From positions 1 through 50,164 of IMG/VR virus record IMGVR_UViG_3300027516_000001: a stretch of 50,164 nucleotides of DNA; one strand, written 5' to 3'. This DNA is from a virus (lineage: Duplodnaviria; Caudoviricetes). Made by a program: the position numbers and the translations under genes. Below, piece after piece: positions 45,615 to 50,164 of the stretch. How positions within the stretch are numbered: position 1 is the stretch's first letter; every line of letters starts with the position of its first letter. The notes under the pieces are model-generated. The model saw only the letters and a program-made list of their open reading frames with translations. It searched no databases and was not told the origin of the DNA.

Positions 45615-45880
45615 ATGGCGAAGGTTAAAATATCTGATGATCATTCGAATTATCCTATCTCGAAAGATCTTGAAGATAGGACAAAAGAGTCTTCTTCGAA
45701 AAAGGGGGATTCTCCTTAAGTGAAGGCTATAGGAATCTTGTACAACAGCCTATAGCTTCTGTGAAAGGCGCTGTTAGTGATATTAAGGAGCGTATCTCGC
45801 CAAGCGGAAGCTTGAAAGGTTTTGAATCACAGAGAGCGCCTCGCGATCTTGGAGGAGCAAGGACGCCTCCATATAAATAA
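45615..45880 (+). CDS. Small gene with a -1 frame break (34-aa ORF 45615-45719; 88 aa if shifted at A-AAG-GGG)
   Basis: RBS AGGAGGAG; -1 frame open to TAA 45878-80. Confidence 0.5.
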
Positions 45881-45891
45881 GGAGAATCAAA

Positions 45892-46185
45892 ATGGCAAAA
45901 GCGAGAGTCACGAATGGGCAAGATTACAAACCGGGTGCTGCAAGAGCTGCGAGGCAAACTCAAAAAGAGCAAGAACGAAATAGAGACTTACTTCGTGATA
46001 CCGCAAGTGCAATGGCTATGCGAAGGAGTGTTGGTACGAGTTCATTAACATCAAAAGGAGAAAGAGTAAAAAGAAGTGATGAATATATGAAACAGTTAGG
46101 AAAGGCTGGATTACAACTTCAGCAAGAAGATATTGGTGAAGCTGGACGCAAGGAAATGTATAAGGAGGATAAGGGGAAGAAGTAA
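45892..46185 (+). CDS. Basic hypothetical protein
   Basis: RBS AAGGAG. Confidence 0.6.
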   Translation: MAKARVTNGQDYKPGAARAARQTQKEQERNRDLLRDTASAMAMRRSVGTSSLTSKGERVKRSDEYMKQLGKAGLQLQQEDIGEAGRKEMYKEDKGKK

Positions 46186-48123
46186 ATGCCATATACGCCT
46201 CCAATTTTATTGCGCGAAAGTGATTGGGGAAAAGAAGAGTATAAAGATTTATGCACTTTTATAAAAGATAAAGTGAAACATCTAGACATGAGGCTACAAG
46301 CCTTTAGAACTGAGAAACTTCCTGAATATGTACGTTTATATAAAGGTAGACCTAAAAATAAAGAAGTAGATTGGCCTTGGCCTGGAGCAGCGAATTTAGT
46401 AATTCAACTCATAGGCACTTTCTCAGATGAGTTACTCTCGCGAGTTATTGGCTCTATTTGGCTTTATGATCCTCTTTGGACAGCAGTTCTTGGTGGAGAT
46501 ATTCCTAATAAAGAAGGGAATAGCCAAAAACAAATTTTAGAGCAATTTCTTATGGATATGGCGTATACGCCAGAGGAATTGGATCTTTATAGAGTAGAAC
46601 AAGCCGCTGATCATAGCGCGATAAAGTATGGAACAGGATGGGTTTATACTCCTTATGAGTATACTAAAGAGATAGAGTATACATATATAGGAGGGGGAGA
46701 AAGCTCCAGTTCACTACCTCATGGTGAACCGCGCGAGGTCACACGCAGGGATGGCCCACATCCTGAACTTCTCCCCCTCAATAGAGCGTTGTTTGATCCA
46801 TCTTCGTCAAATTTACAAGACATGAAATTTTATGGCTTTATACAACCTCTCGATTATTGGGATGTAAAAAACTTGCCCTCGAAGAGTCCGTACTATAAGG
46901 ATGCGGATATAGAGCAGATGCTCAATAGTCCTGATGCAATACAAGAAACTGAAATGGAGCGAGAAATTAATGAGCAATTTTCATTCGGTAGTGGAATTGA
47001 CACTGGCGCGGCTAGATGGTATATTTATAACCTCTTCTTCAAATACCAGAAGGGTGAACAAACATTTAGCTTTGGCGCGAAGTATTGGAAACATGAAGAA
47101 AAGATTTTGTATATTACATATAACAACTATCCAGACAATATTGATCCCATCGAAGATGTAAAACTCTCTTACGATGATGAGACATATTTAGGCGAAGGTT
47201 ACGCTGAGATGCTACATGCGTATCAAAAAGAGTTATCGAATAACTCTAATTGGCGCACGAACAATCGTAATTATAACATGATGGGGGTGTGGCGTGTCTC
47301 ACCAGAAAGTAAACTCTCAAGTATTCTCGAATTTTATCCAGGTGTTGCGGTTCCTGCAAAAGAAGGGGAAATTGAGTTACTTAAACCCGGAGCAGACACA
47401 GGTTATAACGACGGACCTGATCAATTTATTTCAGCTCTTGCCAAGGAACGCGCAGGTATTGATCCTGCGATCGGCGGTACGGGAGGTGGGATTGTCAACC
47501 CAAAACGAGGTATATACAGCGCGGCGGGAACGTCTATGGTAATGGCGCAACAGAATAATAGAAATAATATAAGAACAGCAGATATGCGTACATTTCATGT
47601 AAGATTGGGAATTAAATTCTTAAAGATGTATTCTCATTGGGGAATTGGCGGGCGTTTGAGACGTTATGGAGATAATGCAGAAGCTTTAAGGAAAGCTTTG
47701 GATAACTTCAAAAATGGCTCTCTTGGACTGTACATGCGTCCTACATCTGCAATGTATAATAAGGAATTAGAGCGCCAAAATGACATTCTTCTTACAGATA
47801 AAATGGGAGCTTGGGTTCAAGCGCAGGCGCAAATAATTGAAGCGGTTATGAATCCACAAATCCCTCCTCCATTAAAAATGTACTACGCTCAAGCGTTAAT
47901 TGCAAATAGACTCTTGATGCAAGATCTATTGCGTAATTTCAACAAAACTAATGTGGAGACTCTATTACCACAAATCAAAGACATTGTAGCAATGTCTATG
48001 CAACCACCACAAGGAGCAGGAAATGCAAATCAATCGAATGGAAGACCTAATCCCACTCAAGGCGTCCCTCAAGGAGCTGTACAGTTTGGAGGAGTTCCAG
48101 GTACTCCACAGCTTCCTCAGTAG
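46186..48123 (+). CDS. Portal protein (P22/T7-like)
   Basis: PWPGAANL, AIKYGTG, YLGEGYAEML..YQ.E, ER.GI....G, Q-rich tail; between TerL and scaffold. Confidence 0.85.
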   Translation: MPYTPPILLRESDWGKEEYKDLCTFIKDKVKHLDMRLQAFRTEKLPEYVRLYKGRPKNKEVDWPWPGAANLVIQLIGTFSDELLSRVIGSIWLYDPLWTAVLGGDIPNKEGNSQKQILEQFLMDMAYTPEELDLYRVEQAADHSAIKYGTGWVYTPYEYTKEIEYTYIGGGESSSSLPHGEPREVTRRDGPHPELLPLNRALFDPSSSNLQDMKFYGFIQPLDYWDVKNLPSKSPYYKDADIEQMLNSPDAIQETEMEREINEQFSFGSGIDTGAARWYIYNLFFKYQKGEQTFSFGAKYWKHEEKILYITYNNYPDNIDPIEDVKLSYDDETYLGEGYAEMLHAYQKELSNNSNWRTNNRNYNMMGVWRVSPESKLSSILEFYPGVAVPAKEGEIELLKPGADTGYNDGPDQFISALAKERAGIDPAIGGTGGGIVNPKRGIYSAAGTSMVMAQQNNRNNIRTADMRTFHVRLGIKFLKMYSHWGIGGRLRRYGDNAEALRKALDNFKNGSLGLYMRPTSAMYNKELERQNDILLTDKMGAWVQAQAQIIEAVMNPQIPPPLKMYYAQALIANRLLMQDLLRNFNKTNVETLLPQIKDIVAMSMQPPQGAGNANQSNGRPNPTQGVPQGAVQFGGVPGTPQLPQ

Positions 48124-48334
48124 TTTGAGGATACAGAAAGAAGCTGAAATTTGGGGCTATCAGAATAAAAATGGCGAAACCTCTGATGAGTTTAAAGCCA
48201 AAATGATGGTAGCTCTTGCGCAAAGGAATATGATTGCGATGCTTGAGAATTTACCAATGGCAGTAGATTCATTGGAGATGGTACTCGACGCGCAAAAGAA
48301 GCAGAAAGATAATTTCGCGAAGTCACAAAGTTAA
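48023..48334 (+). CDS. Small helical protein following portal
   Basis: RBS AAGGAG; usual synteny. Confidence 0.6.
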   Translation: MQINRMEDLIPLKASLKELYSLEEFQVLHSFLSSLRIQKEAEIWGYQNKNGETSDEFKAKMMVALAQRNMIAMLENLPMAVDSLEMVLDAQKKQKDNFAKSQS

Positions 48335-48343
48335 GGAGCAGAT

Positions 48344-49063
48344 ATGCCGTTCTTGGATTGGATGAAGAAAGAAGTGAAAGATGGGAAGGATCAAGTTGAA
48401 ATTAAACTTGATGATGAGACGCAAAAGAAGCTGGATAAAGCTCTAACTGTCTCTGATGATCTAGCGAAAATGCGTGAACAATTGAATGGATTAAATTCCA
48501 TTACTGCTTATTTTGATGAGCAAAAGAGAGAAAAGGAAGTTGCGGCAGAAGCAGCGCGCAGAAAGGTTCAAGCTGACGCACAGGCTTTGAACGACGATGA
48601 ACTTCAAAATCTCATTCTTACTGATCCAGCGGCTGCGATTAAAAAAGGAACGCAGGATCAAGCAGTGGCGATTCTCACCCTTCGCGCGGACAATGTGAAG
48701 CGCGATGTTTTTGAGAATACTGAGAAGTTCCAGTATTACACTGGAGATGTCAAAAATGAAATCGACAAGCTTCTTAGCGTCCAAAATCTCCAAGCTCGAA
48801 ATGATCCAAGCGTCGTCGAAAACTGCTATTGGACAGTCCTTGGAAAACACTCTGAAGAACTTAGAGAGGGTAAACTTAAATCTCGCTTTGCGTCTTCTAG
48901 TGGTTCGCGCGGAACTTCAACTGGCGCAGCTGGAACAGGAACAGAAGAAAAGAAACTTGATCTAGAGATCAATGACGATATTCGTAAAGCTGCAAAATTT
49001 GCTGGAATGACGCCGGAGGATTATGCCAAAATGTGTTACGATCAAGGAGTAGGTTATGTCTGA
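48344..49063 (+). CDS. Capsid scaffolding protein
   Basis: Charged coiled coil; C-terminal AAKFAGMTPEDYAK. Confidence 0.75.
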   Translation: MPFLDWMKKEVKDGKDQVEIKLDDETQKKLDKALTVSDDLAKMREQLNGLNSITAYFDEQKREKEVAAEAARRKVQADAQALNDDELQNLILTDPAAAIKKGTQDQAVAILTLRADNVKRDVFENTEKFQYYTGDVKNEIDKLLSVQNLQARNDPSVVENCYWTVLGKHSEELREGKLKSRFASSSGSRGTSTGAAGTGTEEKKLDLEINDDIRKAAKFAGMTPEDYAKMCYDQGVGYV

Positions 49064-49757
49064 TCCTAATATTAAGGCTCAAGCCGCAGGACTAACACCG
49101 GAGCAGTTACATGAGCAAGCTCAAAAAAAGGTAGATGCACAAAGGCAACAAGCCAGTTCTCGGATACCTAATGATCCTGCTGCTATGGCTGGTGCTCTTG
49201 CTACTGCTGGAGTTTCTTCTGAGACTCTTGAGGATATAATTAAGCGTGTGCTTGACAATAGGAAAGTTGAAGCAGTACAGCAATTCAGTCCGAAAGAGCC
49301 GGACTACAAGGCTCTTTCGGAAAAGGATATCTTCACTCCTGGAGTATACATTCCTGTAATAGAGCATGATATTCCTGATTACATGAATGTGATACTTAAA
49401 GACGAAGAGTATGTACCTATTTGGGTAAATCGAGATCAGCGCCAATTAGGCGCAAAGCTCGCTGAAGGTTTTGAGTTCCTCAAGAGAGAGCATCTACCAG
49501 AAGGGTACCAAGCTCCTCTGAAGTTTGATTCTGAGGGACTCTATATTTATCAAGACGTTGTTTGTATGAGAGTTCATAAAAGAATTCGTTTTGCTAAGCT
49601 TAGACGATTCGCTGAAATGAGTAAGAATCAGCTAAAACCTGCTCAGGCGCAAGAGAACGCGAAGGGAAAGTTGATGGAACAGGTAATTCTTGGAGATCCG
49701 GCACTTGATCAGGCTTTTGCGAGCGGAGCTTACAAGTTTTACCATACTGACACCTAA
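49056..49757 (+). CDS. Conserved head-region hypothetical protein
   Basis: WVN.......L.EGFEF....D.VCMR motif; between scaffold and capsid genes. Confidence 0.6.
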   Translation: MSDPNIKAQAAGLTPEQLHEQAQKKVDAQRQQASSRIPNDPAAMAGALATAGVSSETLEDIIKRVLDNRKVEAVQQFSPKEPDYKALSEKDIFTPGVYIPVIEHDIPDYMNVILKDEEYVPIWVNRDQRQLGAKLAEGFEFLKREHLPEGYQAPLKFDSEGLYIYQDVVCMRVHKRIRFAKLRRFAEMSKNQLKPAQAQENAKGKLMEQVILGDPALDQAFASGAYKFYHTDT

Positions 49758-49771
49758 AAGGAGGGAAAGAA

Positions 49772-50164
49772 ATGGCGGGTGCAAACCTAACTACTCATCT
49801 CCCTATCATTCAGGTGCAGAATAAGGCGAACACAACTCCGTTCACTTATGGAATGCCTGAAGCTAGGTCACAAACGTTTGTTAATGGTGCTCCAGTTATG
49901 ATTACGATTGGAGCTGATCCTGATGGTGTAGGATACGTGAAAGAGTGGGACGCGGCGACTTTTACAAACGCGATCCTTGGCGTATCTGAATCCGCAGGTG
50001 CTAACTACGCAACTGGTGGAGCGGGTGCGCCTACTCCTCCTTGGGGTGGAATTACTGGAAGTGGCGCAGTTCAAACATATCCAAATCCTCCAATTCCAAA
50101 CCAGCCAAATGCTGTAAACATCGCTCTTGGTACACCTGTAGCAGATGGACGCACTTTGTTCATG
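49772..50164 (+). CDS. 5' part of the junction-spanning capsid accessory protein (missing from ORF track)
   Basis: RBS AGGAGGG; MAGANLTTHLPIIQVQ... open to the end and continues at base 100. Confidence 0.8.
   Translation, partial: MAGANLTTHLPIIQVQNKANTTPFTYGMPEARSQTFVNGAPVMITIGADPDGVGYVKEWDAATFTNAILGVSESAGANYATGGAGAPTPPWGGITGSGAVQTYPNPPIPNQPNAVNIALGTPVADGRTLFM
50066..50164. repeat. Terminal direct repeat, identical to 1-99
   Basis: Exact match. Confidence 0.97.

Noticed and set aside
50066-50164. 99-bp terminal repeat as a biological DTR
   Set aside because: It falls mid-gene and its length equals a common assembler k-mer; best read as circular assembly overlap.

Overview
The window is an apparently complete, circularly assembled tailed-phage (Caudoviricetes, podovirus-like) genome. 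Bases 50066-50164 repeat bases 1-99 exactly, giving a unit length of about 50,065 bp. The genome has two arms. The rightward arm (42487 through the junction to 21774) carries TerS, TerL, portal, scaffold, a capsid accessory protein, the major capsid protein, an HNH endonuclease, tail and ejection proteins, a divergent PurD-like ATP-grasp ligase, a beta-helix tailspike and a cluster of signal-peptide, Cys-rich proteins. The leftward arm (41443 to 21855) carries early small genes, a Clp N-domain protein, a J-domain protein, vWA, FtsK, HNH, a Cas4-like nuclease, an AAA_24/Sak4-like ATPase, SSB, a split UDG-like/exonuclease plus PolA, a DUF3987-like helicase and a GroES with a DnaJ-type zinc finger. 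I recognised no integrase, repressor, tRNA, CRISPR array, endolysin or primase. The most unusual items are: (i) a PurD-derived ligase with an altered active site coupled to an unannotated 54-aa Gly/Lys-rich peptide ending in Gly; (ii) a GroES whose mobile loop carries a DnaJ-like zinc finger, alongside stand-alone J and Clp-N domains; (iii) six consecutive late genes with export signal peptides and disulfide-like repeats, plus a capsid protein with a hydrophobic C-terminal tail linked to an HNH insertion; (iv) a highly structured ~2.2 kb divergent control region. All family assignments come from motif recognition by eye, not database searches.
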